A DNA stretch of 64,000 nucleotides from an uncultured Planctomycetota bacterium (GTDB lineage Bacteria; Planctomycetota; PUPC01). Below the pieces are notes generated by a model, which worked only from the letters and a program-made list of their open reading frames with translations, made no database searches and was not told where the DNA came from. Both the position numbers and the translations under genes were made by a program. Positions 10,830-19,110 of the stretch are shown piece after piece. The stretch spans positions 10,430-74,429 of the forward strand of contig CAZDHT010000001.1 in NCBI GenBank assembly GCA_964505325.1. The letters run 5' to 3'. How positions within the stretch are numbered: the first letter of the stretch is position 1; each line of letters begins with the position of its first letter.

Positions 10830-11030
10830 GTGCCGTCTGATCCGCAAAACGTGGATTATATCCGCCTGCGCTCGCGCCGCAAGTGCTGGGATGCCGCCGA
10901 GTCGATACCCTGAACGCGGGGCATTTGCCGGGACGAGCTGTACCCAGGCAGCATGACGGCGGGGCGGGAAGGGTGTGGATTGGGCGCGGGCAAAACGGCC
11001 GATCCCGACCGCGGCCGGGCCCACGAACGT

Positions 11031-11354
11031 CTAATCCTTGAAGAGTTGGTTGAATCTCTCGCGCGGCGTGAGCGAGCGGGTCCCGGACGGGCGTTCCGGC
11101 CTTCGGCCCGTCTGGGCGCTCGATTCCGGCGCTGCGGTCTGTCGAAAGTCGAACTCGTCGCAGTAGTTTCCGCGCTCCACGTCTGCCACGTACTCCGTGG
11201 TCCGGCTCAGACAGTGGTTGTGCGCGTCCGGCGAGTACAGCCGGCAGTTTCGGCAGCAGTGGAGGAACGCGTCGCAATGAGGGCACAATTCCTTGAAAGG
11301 CACCCGTTGCCGATCCGGTAGCTCAGTACCACACTGGTAGCAAAGTCGCATCAA
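11031..11354 (-). CDS. Cys-rich zinc-ribbon protein, unknown function
   Basis: CYQC...CPHC...HCCRNC...C pattern; 107 aa. Confidence 0.4.
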   Translation of the reverse strand: MMRLCYQCGTELPDRQRVPFKELCPHCDAFLHCCRNCRLYSPDAHNHCLSRTTEYVADVERGNYCDEFDFRQTAAPESSAQTGRRPERPSGTRSLTPRERFNQLFKD

Positions 11355-11432
11355 ACGCCTCGCAGAAACAAGGGTTCCGATGAAGTGATCCCCAACAAGA
11401 TAATAACCCAGGCCGCGACAAAAGTCAAGTTT

Positions 11433-11461
11433 TGCGGAAGCGCCTGGCGGCGAGTATAATG
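11433..11461 (+). promoter_or_regulatory. sigma70-like promoter (TTGCGG-N17-TATAAT) upstream of the DUF2062 gene
   Basis: -35 at 11433-11438, -10 TATAAT at 11456-11461, 28 nt before the ATG at 11490; lies in a divergent intergenic region. Confidence 0.4.
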
Positions 11462-11489
11462 CCGCCGATCGTCATCGAAGGGGTGCAAC

Positions 11490-12095
11490 ATGATCCGTAT
11501 CCGTTTCCGGCACTGGCGCCGATGGCTGTACCGGCGGGTGGTAAAGCTTCGGGGCTCGCCGCACGCCATCGCGCGCGGGATGGCGCTGGGCGTGATCTTC
11601 GGGAACCTGATGCCGCCGGGCCTCCAGTTGTTCACCGGCATCCCGGTCACCTTGCTGCTGGGCGGAAACGTCCTGGCAATGATCGCGGGCACTTGCGTGT
11701 CCAATCCCTTCACGTACGTCGCCCTCTATTTGTTCAATTGCCGGGTGGGCGAGGTCTTTTTGAACGGGCTCGGGGCCGAGATCAGCCTCGGGGCCGACCT
11801 GGAGGCCGCCCTCCGATCGGTGCGTGAGATGCGGATTGGCGAATTCTTCGCCGAGAGACTCCGCCCCCTGCTGTCCTGCTGGATCGCAGGCGGCCTGCTC
11901 GTCGGGCTGGCCGAATCGGTCCCCGCCTACTACCTGATGCACATCATCGTGATCCAGGTCCGCCGGCTGCAGAGCTTCGCCCGGGCGCGCCGCGCCGCCC
12001 GTCACGAGGCCCGAGCCGCCGAGGAGAAGCCTCGCAAGACAGGGGAACCTGACGAAGAAGCCCCGGACGAACAGCCGCCCCCGCCGCCGGAATAA
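11490..12095 (+). CDS. DUF2062-family membrane protein
   Basis: RRWLYRRVVKLRGSPHAIARGMALGVIFGNLMP...LLLGGN motif pattern of DUF2062. Confidence 0.55.
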   Translation: MIRIRFRHWRRWLYRRVVKLRGSPHAIARGMALGVIFGNLMPPGLQLFTGIPVTLLLGGNVLAMIAGTCVSNPFTYVALYLFNCRVGEVFLNGLGAEISLGADLEAALRSVREMRIGEFFAERLRPLLSCWIAGGLLVGLAESVPAYYLMHIIVIQVRRLQSFARARRAARHEARAAEEKPRKTGEPDEEAPDEQPPPPPE

Positions 12096-12096
12096 G

Positions 12097-12185
12097 GGGC
12101 TCTATCAAGACCCTGGTGGGGCAGGCATTCTTGCCTGCCACGGGGCAGACAGGAATGTCCGCCCCACTGTTTTTTTGGAGCTCGC
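12097..12185 (+). repeat. intergenic repeat element, copy A (perfect palindrome GGCAGGCA-ttct-TGCCTGCC plus a second GC hairpin and T-run)
   Basis: ~85-90% identical to the reverse complement of 36308-36392; shares modules with 24940-25055; sits between convergent genes. Confidence 0.7.
12142..12177 (+). terminator. rho-independent terminator-like hairpin + TTTTTTT (part of repeat copy A)
   Basis: GGGGCAGACA-gga-TGTCCGCCCC stem followed by ACTGTTTTTTT, directly after the stop of the DUF2062 gene. Confidence 0.5.
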
Positions 12186-12238
12186 AAGCCCAGTCGTCTC
12201 TCGCCGATCAAGCGCCGCTGATCAGAAGCTGCCGGCTT

Positions 12239-12826
12239 CTACTGTGGCCCGTCCCAGTACCGTCGGACCGCCCAGGCCTTGTCCTCGTGGATCCACTGCA
12301 CGCGGCCGTCGAGGAAAATCACGTTGGCGCCGCCGCGGTGGCGCCACTCAATATCCCCGAAGCCGCCCAGGCCCGCGCGGTCACTCTCCTGCGCCCCGTC
12401 CGCGATCACGCCGATCTCCAGCCGGAGCCTGAAGGAATCCATCGGCGCGTGAGGAGGCCCGAACACGTGAACGTTCCCGACGTACCCGCCTCCTGCCGGA
12501 CAGCCCCACAGGCGGCTCTTCCCTTCGCCCCGGGGGTTGTCGTCCGCCTGCAGGAGCGTATCGACCTGCTCGCGCCACGTGCCGATGGAGCCCTCGCCGA
12601 GCGGCACGTCCTGACAGGGCGGGTAGCCACCGGAACTCTGTGCGTAGTTCCGGACGGCGCCGAAGATCTGGACGAGCTGGTGCCGGCAGCGCAGGATGAG
12701 TGAGGTCTGGTAGGTGCGCCGCAGGACCGGGCCCATGATAGTGATGACCGCCAAGATGAGGATGATCGCAACCAGAAGTTCGGCGCGCGCAGAACGCGCT
12801 GCCTTTGACTGCCGTTGCTGGGGCAC
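12239..12826 (-). CDS. DUF1559 / prepilin-like (type II secretion pseudopilin-like) protein
   Basis: Hydrophobic N-terminal helix (AELLVAIILILAVI) followed by the ...C..HQLVQIFGAVRNY...GGYPP and C-terminal NVIFLDGRVQWI motifs typical of Planctomycete DUF1559 proteins. Start is uncertain; the listed GTG at 12970 is probably too far upstream, so an internal GTG near 12826 is proposed. Confidence 0.5.
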   Translation of the reverse strand: MPQQRQSKAARSARAELLVAIILILAVITIMGPVLRRTYQTSLILRCRHQLVQIFGAVRNYAQSSGGYPPCQDVPLGEGSIGTWREQVDTLLQADDNPRGEGKSRLWGCPAGGGYVGNVHVFGPPHAPMDSFRLRLEIGVIADGAQESDRAGLGGFGDIEWRHRGGANVIFLDGRVQWIHEDKAWAVRRYWDGPQ

Positions 12827-12964
12827 GCCACGACTCCCGATGGGGTTCCGTGCCGTGGCATTATACCGCGCCCCGTGCGCCGGGTCAAAGGCAGGGTCAT
12901 TCAATTCTCGTCTGGAAACGGCCGAGGTCAATGCCCTCGGCTGCAAATGACCCGGATTCCACCT

Positions 12965-12986
12965 CTTCACTTGGCTGAAGTGTTAC
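12965..12986. repeat. 22-nt hairpin motif CTTCA-cttggc-TGAAG-TGTTAC, site 1
   Basis: 20-nt exact match (reverse complement) at 25794-25813 and a 20/22 match at 23498-23519. Confidence 0.6.
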
Positions 12987-13093
12987 GATCACGCGTTGTC
13001 CGCCGAAGCCTTGCCGGAGGTGGAAGGACACGAAGAAGACTCCTCACTCCTTCGTACTACAAGCTGTCAGAAGTTTGTTTTTTTGGACACTTT

Positions 13094-14632
13094 TCATGCG
13101 GCCGTGTCTTTCAAGAGTGCCCAATCGGTTTGACGGAAGATAAGGGCGGTGGCCATCAGCAGGTGTCCGTGGGGTGCGATGCGATAGAGGTTTCGATGTG
13201 GGACCTTGCGGATGAGTTGGTGTGCTCGCAAGAGCCGAAGGTGTCTGGCGACTTGTCCACGCCGGCGGGCGGCTTCTTTTGGGGTGTTCGCCTGGGTGGG
13301 GAAGAGCAGGCGTTGGATGTGGCGGCTGGTGAAGCCGTGGAGGAGATGCTCACCGTGAAGGATCGCTTCGAAAAGACGGCTCTCCTCGGGTGCAATGGGC
13401 CGCAACGGCCGATACGGCTTCCGGCCTTTGCGTACCCGCCGGCTGACGGCATCGAGAAGCTGGTGCGACGGGGTCGGATCTCCGACAACGGCGAGCGCCT
13501 CCAGATAGCGCCCATTGGCGTCCCGGCAGATGGTGATGCGCCGGGCCAGGTCCCGCAGTCCCTTGCTCATCTTTCCCCAGACCAGTCGGCCGTCTTTGCG
13601 GCGCAACGCCTGGAATCGGCGCGGGTTGTTGATCGTCGTTTCGATGCGGAGGATGATGCCCTCCTTGTCGTACATCTTGAGCGAGTTCTCGTTGACCTGA
13701 TGCTTGAGACGGACTCCCTCCACTCGGTGGCGCTTGGAGGTGACGACGCGGTTGGGCAGCATGCCTCGTACGCGGTCGGTCAGGAAGCGCAGCACGTCGC
13801 GGCTGGAGAAGTGTCGGAGGGCGTGTCCCCACAGAGACGGATAAACCTTCTGAAGGGCCTTGCGGCTCTTGAAGAGCACGTCGGTTGCATACTCGCTCTC
13901 ATAGACGGTCCAGTAGTAGCCGAACCGCCCGACGAATCCCAATTCCTTGAGCAGCGGGTTCACTCGGCGGGCCGGCGGGTTGAGAAACCTCGCCCAGTTC
14001 CGAATCTCCAAGCGGCGCAGAATCGCCTGGGCCCGCGGCAGGTCTCCGATGTCGAACAGGGCGTTGTGAATCTGCTCGAAGGAGATGCTCTCGCGCTTCA
14101 ACTGCTCGGCGAGGTAGAGCCGCCCGTTCACGTAGACCTGAACGTCGAACGGAACCCACGACTGAATCCGCAGATGCATCAGGCCGAACTCCCAATCCAG
14201 CCAGTAGAAGTAAAAGAAGCGGCACTTCCGCATCCGGTACGTCACCTCCAGGTGACCCGAATCCCGGTTCCGGCGCAGGTCGGCCGTCACGCACGGCTCG
14301 ACACACGCCAGCACGCAAATCAGCCCCGCCGTGACGCCATCGCGTTCCGCGATCTGCCGGGCGTATTCATCCTTCCGAACACCGGACGACTGAAGGTAGA
14401 TGTACGGCCGGTTCGACTTCGTCGCGACCTCCTTCGCCCGTGCATCCAACGCTCGCGTGCATTGCTCCGCGAACGAACCGAAGTCCTTGAGCAAAATCCC
14501 ATGAGCCGTTAGGAACCGATCCAGCCCATGCGAGTAGTTGATCGAGCGCAGCACGCCTCGGAACATCAGCCGGTCGAACCCCTCCAGAACACACTCGATG
14601 ACTTCCGTGTGCCGTGTGATAAAATCGGTCAT
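13094..14632 (-). CDS. hypothetical protein (512 aa), unidentified family; possible mobile-element or accessory gene
   Basis: Long ORF with ordinary amino-acid composition, unlike the antisense ORFs around it. No P-loop, DDE (Y-2-R-3-E-6-K), YxDD or recombinase motifs seen. Basic, possibly winged-helix C-terminus (RHLRLLRAHQLIRKVPHRNLYRI). Flanked by 123-nt and 232-nt non-coding spacers; GC visibly lower than its neighbours. Confidence 0.55.
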   Translation of the reverse strand: MTDFITRHTEVIECVLEGFDRLMFRGVLRSINYSHGLDRFLTAHGILLKDFGSFAEQCTRALDARAKEVATKSNRPYIYLQSSGVRKDEYARQIAERDGVTAGLICVLACVEPCVTADLRRNRDSGHLEVTYRMRKCRFFYFYWLDWEFGLMHLRIQSWVPFDVQVYVNGRLYLAEQLKRESISFEQIHNALFDIGDLPRAQAILRRLEIRNWARFLNPPARRVNPLLKELGFVGRFGYYWTVYESEYATDVLFKSRKALQKVYPSLWGHALRHFSSRDVLRFLTDRVRGMLPNRVVTSKRHRVEGVRLKHQVNENSLKMYDKEGIILRIETTINNPRRFQALRRKDGRLVWGKMSKGLRDLARRITICRDANGRYLEALAVVGDPTPSHQLLDAVSRRVRKGRKPYRPLRPIAPEESRLFEAILHGEHLLHGFTSRHIQRLLFPTQANTPKEAARRRGQVARHLRLLRAHQLIRKVPHRNLYRIAPHGHLLMATALIFRQTDWALLKDTAA

Positions 14633-14864
14633 AGGACGCCCCTCGCAAATGGGTTGCTTGATGAGCCATTCCCCTTATGCAGAGAGCGTCCTTCCTTTTC
14701 CAATTTGGTTGCGGCTGAGGGGCGAAGCCCCGAAGCCGCGTCAGGCTCTTCGTGGCGAGAATTCCCGTTACCAAACCCGCCGCCCCGCCACTAAGGGGGT
14801 GAACGTACTCGAGTGGTTCCGCCGGGCGGTCAATGAGAACCGTTTACTCAAGGAGGAAGAAGAG

Positions 14865-15419
14865 ATGAAACGGTATTGGATGTTTGCCGCAGTGACGTTG
14901 GCATTGGCGCTGGCCGCGGGGCCGGCTTTGGCGAAGGACGGACCGGGCGGGAAGGGCCCTGGCCGGCGCGGCCGCCAGATGCGGCGGCGCGGGCTCGGCA
15001 TGCGCCGCGGGCCGGGCATGCGCCGCGGGCCCCTGATGCTCCGCCTGGGCGAGAAGCTCGAGCTGGGCGAGCAACAGAAGAAGAAGATCGCCGAGATCCG
15101 CGAGGCCGCCCGCGAGAAGATCAAGGCCGCCGACTCCCCCGAGAAGCGGCACGAGATCATCAAGCAGGTTCGCGAGGACATCAAGAAGGTCCTCACCGCC
15201 GAGCAGATCAAGAAGCAGGAAGAGGTCCGCAAGGAGCACGGCCTCGGCCTGACCGAGGAGCAGCGCGAGAAGATGGCGGAGATCCGCAAGAAGATGCACG
15301 AGGAGATGAAGAAGGTCCTCACCGAAGAGCAGCTCAAGAAGCAGGATCAACTCCGCCGGCGCTTTCGCGGCCGGCGGCACCACTTCGGGCCGCCTCTCGG
15401 CCCGCGGCCCGAGAAGTAG
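14865..15419 (+). CDS. Spy/CpxP-like periplasmic LTxxQ-repeat protein
   Basis: Signal peptide, then repeated LTAEQ / LTEEQ motifs with K/E-rich helices; AGGAGG RBS 8 nt upstream of ATG 14865. Confidence 0.6.
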   Translation: MKRYWMFAAVTLALALAAGPALAKDGPGGKGPGRRGRQMRRRGLGMRRGPGMRRGPLMLRLGEKLELGEQQKKKIAEIREAAREKIKAADSPEKRHEIIKQVREDIKKVLTAEQIKKQEEVRKEHGLGLTEEQREKMAEIRKKMHEEMKKVLTEEQLKKQDQLRRRFRGRRHHFGPPLGPRPEK

Positions 15420-15580
15420 GGCGTCGATACGCCCGCGCGTGCAGCTCAGGCGCTCGGATCCGTCCGGGCGTCTGAGCCGTGGTGCGCCGGCACGGAATCG
15501 GGGTCGTAATCTGACCGAAGTTCGATTATGATTGGCATGACGCGACAGGGGCGGATAGGCAGGGCAGGTAAGACCACGGC

Positions 15581-16141
15581 GTGGATGAAACGGACTGGAC
15601 CGACATCAGGGCTTCGCTGGCCGGCGACGACGACGCGTTTGCGCGGCTGGTCGAGCGCTACGAGCCGCAGGTTGCACGCCTGATGTGGCGGTTCAGCCGC
15701 GACCGCGTTCAGTGCGAGGAGTTGATACAGGACGTGTTTGTCGAGGCGTACCTGAGCTTGAAGAGCTACCGCGGCGACGCGCCGTTCCTGCATTGGCTCC
15801 GCCGCATCGGCACCCGGGTCGGATACCGCTTCTGGAAGAAGCGGGCGAAGGACAAGGGCCGCGTACCCTTGAGCGAGGTCCAGGGGCTTGCCGGCAAGCC
15901 GGAAGAGACCGACCCGGCCCTCGCCGGGGAACTGCTCGACGCCCTGCTGGCACAATTGCGACCGGCCGACCGCCTGGTCCTGACGCTCGAGTACCTGGAA
16001 GGATGCTCGATGAAGGAGATCGCCGAGCGGACCGGCTGGAACGTCGCGGCGGTCAAGATGCGGGCGCACCGGGCCCGCGGGAAGCTGAAGAAGATCGCGG
16101 AACGCGACCGTCTTCTGGAGACGCTGCCATGGACGAACTGA
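15581..16141 (+). CDS. ECF-type RNA polymerase sigma factor (sigma-70 regions 2 and 4)
   Basis: ELIQDVFVEAY...FLHWLRRIGTRV (region 2) and LEYLEGCSMKEIAERTGWNVAAVKMRAHRARGKL (region 4 HTH); GTG start. Confidence 0.75.
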   Translation: MDETDWTDIRASLAGDDDAFARLVERYEPQVARLMWRFSRDRVQCEELIQDVFVEAYLSLKSYRGDAPFLHWLRRIGTRVGYRFWKKRAKDKGRVPLSEVQGLAGKPEETDPALAGELLDALLAQLRPADRLVLTLEYLEGCSMKEIAERTGWNVAAVKMRAHRARGKLKKIAERDRLLETLPWTN

Positions 16142-16386
16142 AGGCGCTTGAGGAGTTGGCTCGACAGGCCCGCAAGGAAGAGCCGCCGGTGCGCGGCGTG
16201 ACCGCCCGCGTGCTGGCGGAGATCCGGTCGCGGCGCCGGTTCCGCGTCTGGCCGCTGTCCGTCTTTGCCGCCGCCTCCGCCGTCGCCGCCTCGGTGCTCC
16301 TGGCCGTCGCCGTGCATTACTGGACGAGCGCACCCGACCCACTGACGGAGCTATGCGCCTCTTTCGAGGTGACCGAGCTATGGTAG
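16129..16386 (+). CDS. putative anti-sigma factor (small single-pass membrane protein)
   Basis: ATG overlaps the sigma-factor stop; 85 aa with one TM helix (VFAAASAVAASVLLAVAV). Assigned by position only. Confidence 0.35.
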   Translation: MDELKALEELARQARKEEPPVRGVTARVLAEIRSRRRFRVWPLSVFAAASAVAASVLLAVAVHYWTSAPDPLTELCASFEVTELW

Positions 16387-17081
16387 ACACGCACGACACG
16401 TCCGAAACTGTCCGAGCCGAAGCGCCGCCCCGCCGCGGGCGGACCGGCCTCGTGCTGCTCCTGGGCGCCGTGATCCTGCTCAGCGGCATCGCCCTCGGGA
16501 CGGGCGGCGCCATGCTGTGGCTCAAGCCGCCCGAACCGCCCCCCCCCGGCCCGGGGCGTCACTCTGCGGAGGAGATCGCGGTGTGCGTCGCGGAGCAATG
16601 CGGCCTCGACGAAGAGCAAACCGCGACCATCCGCGAGGTCATGGCCCGCCGGCTCGAGCGCCTCCGCGCCATCCACGACGACACGGCGGAGCGCATCCTG
16701 GCCGAGCACGACTCCCTGCGCCAGGAGATGAAAGCCGCGCTGACCGCCGAGCAGTTCGAGCGATGGGACGAGCACTTCCGAGGGCTCCAGAAGCGCTCCC
16801 CCCTGGTCCGCCGCGGCCGGCGCGGCCGGTCACGCTGGCTCCGAGATCCGAAAGAGATGTTCCGCCGCCTGGACCTCAACAAGGACGGCAAGCTGACGCA
16901 GGGCGAGGTGCCCGAGTTGACCTGGCATCGGCTGTCGCGCGCCGACACCGACGGCGACGGCGCCGTCACCGAAGAGGAGCTGAGGGCGTTCCGCGGCGCC
17001 AAGCCCGGACCTCCCGGCCCGCATTCGGGGGGTCGGGGCCCGCGCGACCGCCAGAGCAAACCGGGCAGGAGAGAACCATGA
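16380..17081 (+). CDS. membrane-anchored protein with two EF-hand-like Ca-binding loops
   Basis: TM helix, then DLNKDGKLTQGEV and DTDGDGAVTEEEL EF-hand loops and an LTAEQ motif. Confidence 0.5.
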   Translation: MVDTHDTSETVRAEAPPRRGRTGLVLLLGAVILLSGIALGTGGAMLWLKPPEPPPPGPGRHSAEEIAVCVAEQCGLDEEQTATIREVMARRLERLRAIHDDTAERILAEHDSLRQEMKAALTAEQFERWDEHFRGLQKRSPLVRRGRRGRSRWLRDPKEMFRRLDLNKDGKLTQGEVPELTWHRLSRADTDGDGAVTEEELRAFRGAKPGPPGPHSGGRGPRDRQSKPGRREP

Positions 17082-17773
17082 ACCGGAAGTCGCTGCTGGT
17101 CACGACGTGTGTGGTGGCCGTGGTTGCCGGAGCCGCTGCGGCGGCCTATCTCGCCTGGCCGGAGAAGAAGCCCGAGGCGCCCGCGCTGCCCGCCGGTGAC
17201 AATCCCGAACAGATGGCCGAGCAGGCCATCGCCTACATGGTCTCTGACGATTTCGCCACGCTGGACGAGGCGCAGCGCGAGGCGTACGTCGAACGGGTCG
17301 CCGAACAATTCGCGGAGAGAGACGTCCGGCCGTTCTTCCGCCGCGGCCGGCGCGCCGATAGCGAGAAAGAGCCGTCGGAAGAGGAGCGCGAACGCCACCG
17401 GCAGGTCATGCGCCCTCTGATGCAGAAGGTCGTCGAGAAACAGATGGACAAGTACTTCGAGCTGCCCGAGAAGGAGAAGGTCGTTTACCTCGACCGGCAG
17501 ATCGACCGCATGCTCGCGGGGCGCCAGCAGCGGGAGACGCGCCGCCAGGAACGCGAGGCGGCCGAGAAGAACTCCCCCAAGCCTGACAGCCAGGCGAGCA
17601 GCCGCGCGGATCGGGGGCCACGTCGCGGCCGCCGGTTCACCCCCGAGCGGCTCAAGGAGCGCATCGAGACCGGCGACCCGGAAGACCGCGCCCGCCGGGT
17701 CGAATACCGCCGGGCGCTCCGCGAGCGGATGGAAACGCGCGGCATCACGTTCGGCCGCGGCCGCCGGCGATGA
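17078..17773 (+). CDS. hypothetical membrane-anchored, charged coiled-coil protein
   Basis: ATG overlaps the previous stop; N-terminal TM helix, E/R-rich remainder. Confidence 0.45.
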   Translation: MNRKSLLVTTCVVAVVAGAAAAAYLAWPEKKPEAPALPAGDNPEQMAEQAIAYMVSDDFATLDEAQREAYVERVAEQFAERDVRPFFRRGRRADSEKEPSEEERERHRQVMRPLMQKVVEKQMDKYFELPEKEKVVYLDRQIDRMLAGRQQRETRRQEREAAEKNSPKPDSQASSRADRGPRRGRRFTPERLKERIETGDPEDRARRVEYRRALRERMETRGITFGRGRRR

Positions 17774-17808
17774 GGCCGGGCACGGAACGGTGAGGGGCGG
17801 CAAGCCCC

Positions 17809-18870
17809 TCACAGCCACTTCTTCTTTCTGAAATAGACGAGCATCCCGATCACGACGACGGCCATGACCGCGAGCGCGGCCGGATAGCCCCAGCGCCAGT
17901 TCAGCTCGGGCATGACCTTGAAGTTCATCCCGTACACCCCCGCGACGAACGTCAGGGGGATGAAGATCGTGGCGATGATGGTCAAGACTTTCATCACCTC
18001 GTTCATCCGGTTGCTGAGAACCGACAGGTAGGTGCCGAGCATGCTGTTGATGGCGTCTCGGAAGACCTCGATGGTGTCGACCACCTGGATGGTATGGTCG
18101 TACACGTCGCGGAGGTAGGGCAGTGTGGCCGGCTGGATCAACGGCGAATCGCCCCGGCCCAGGGTATTGATCACCTCCCGCAGCGGCCACACGGACTTGC
18201 GCAGGAGGAGCGCCTGGTGTTTCATTCGGCGAACCTCGTGGGACAACTCGGGCGCGCGCTGCGACACGAGTTCCTCTTCCATGACCTCGATCCGCTCGGC
18301 CACCCCCTCCAGGATCAGGAAGTAGTTGTCGACGATCGCGTCGATCAGCGAATAGGCCAAGTAGTCCGCCCCCGTCTGCCGGATGCGGCCTCTGGCCGTG
18401 CGGATGCGGTCGCGGATCGGCTCGAATACGTCGCCCTCACGTTCCTGGAAGGACAGGACGAACCGCGGGCCGATGACGAGGCTGACCTGTTCCGCTTGGA
18501 CTTCGTCGTCCTCTTCATCGTAATAGAGCATCTTCAGCACGGTGAACAGGTAGTCGTTGTAGTCCTCGGCCTTGGCGCGCTGGGTGGTGTTGGCAATGTC
18601 TTCCAGAAGCAGGGGGTGGAGGTCAAACTGTTTCCCCAGCTCGCGGATGACGTCCACGTCGTGAACGCCGTCCACGTTAATCCAGGTGACGGTCGGCGTG
18701 TCCTTGAGCCCGGCGCACTCAGCGACCGTGCTCACCGCCCGCTCCTGGCACTCCGACTCCGAGTAGTCGATGACCGTGATGCGGACCTTCTCGGTTCGCT
18801 TTTCGCCCACGTGGATGAGCGTTCCGGGCGGCAGGCCAAGGTCGTTCGAGCGTGCGGACGTCGTGCTCAT
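17809..18870 (-). CDS. corA: magnesium/cobalt transporter CorA
   Basis: C-terminal two TM helices with the YGMNF signature; ~350 aa. Confidence 0.8.
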   Translation of the reverse strand: MSTTSARSNDLGLPPGTLIHVGEKRTEKVRITVIDYSESECQERAVSTVAECAGLKDTPTVTWINVDGVHDVDVIRELGKQFDLHPLLLEDIANTTQRAKAEDYNDYLFTVLKMLYYDEEDDEVQAEQVSLVIGPRFVLSFQEREGDVFEPIRDRIRTARGRIRQTGADYLAYSLIDAIVDNYFLILEGVAERIEVMEEELVSQRAPELSHEVRRMKHQALLLRKSVWPLREVINTLGRGDSPLIQPATLPYLRDVYDHTIQVVDTIEVFRDAINSMLGTYLSVLSNRMNEVMKVLTIIATIFIPLTFVAGVYGMNFKVMPELNWRWGYPAALAVMAVVVIGMLVYFRKKKWL

Positions 18871-19110
18871 CCTGGCGATCCTCCCTCCTGGCGCGATCCG
18901 TCGGCTCCGCCCAGTGAAGGTCTGCGGCGCCGATGCCTGAGCGCGGTCATGTGCTGCCGCAGATTAGTATATCCGCTCGCCTCGGTCGGTCAAGCGTCCG
19001 TCGCGCTGCGGCGAGCCGTCTCCGACATCGGGCCGCGGAGGAAAACCGTGCAACTGCGGCGGCGGGCGCGCGTCTAAATTGTACCGGAAAACCTGTAGGA
19101 GGAATGCGCC

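Noticed and set aside
13094-14632. Calling the 512-aa protein an IS4-family or other DDE transposase
   Set aside because: No Y-(2)-R-(3)-E-(6)-K signature or DDE spacing could be found by eye, and no obvious terminal inverted repeats in the flanks. It is left as unidentified rather than labelled a mobile element.
14538-14864. N-terminal 109-aa extension of the Spy/CpxP-like ORF (listed ORF starts at 14538)
   Set aside because: A strong AGGAGG sits 8 nt before the internal ATG at 14865, which is followed directly by a signal peptide. The upstream part (MIERSTPRNISRS…) is composition-biased and lies in the promoter region of the divergently placed unknown gene.
18871-19110. M-box (Mg) riboswitch upstream of corA
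   Set aside because: The 240-nt divergent intergenic region is long enough, but I could not recognise the conserved M-box helices or sequence blocks by eye, so it is not reported as a feature.
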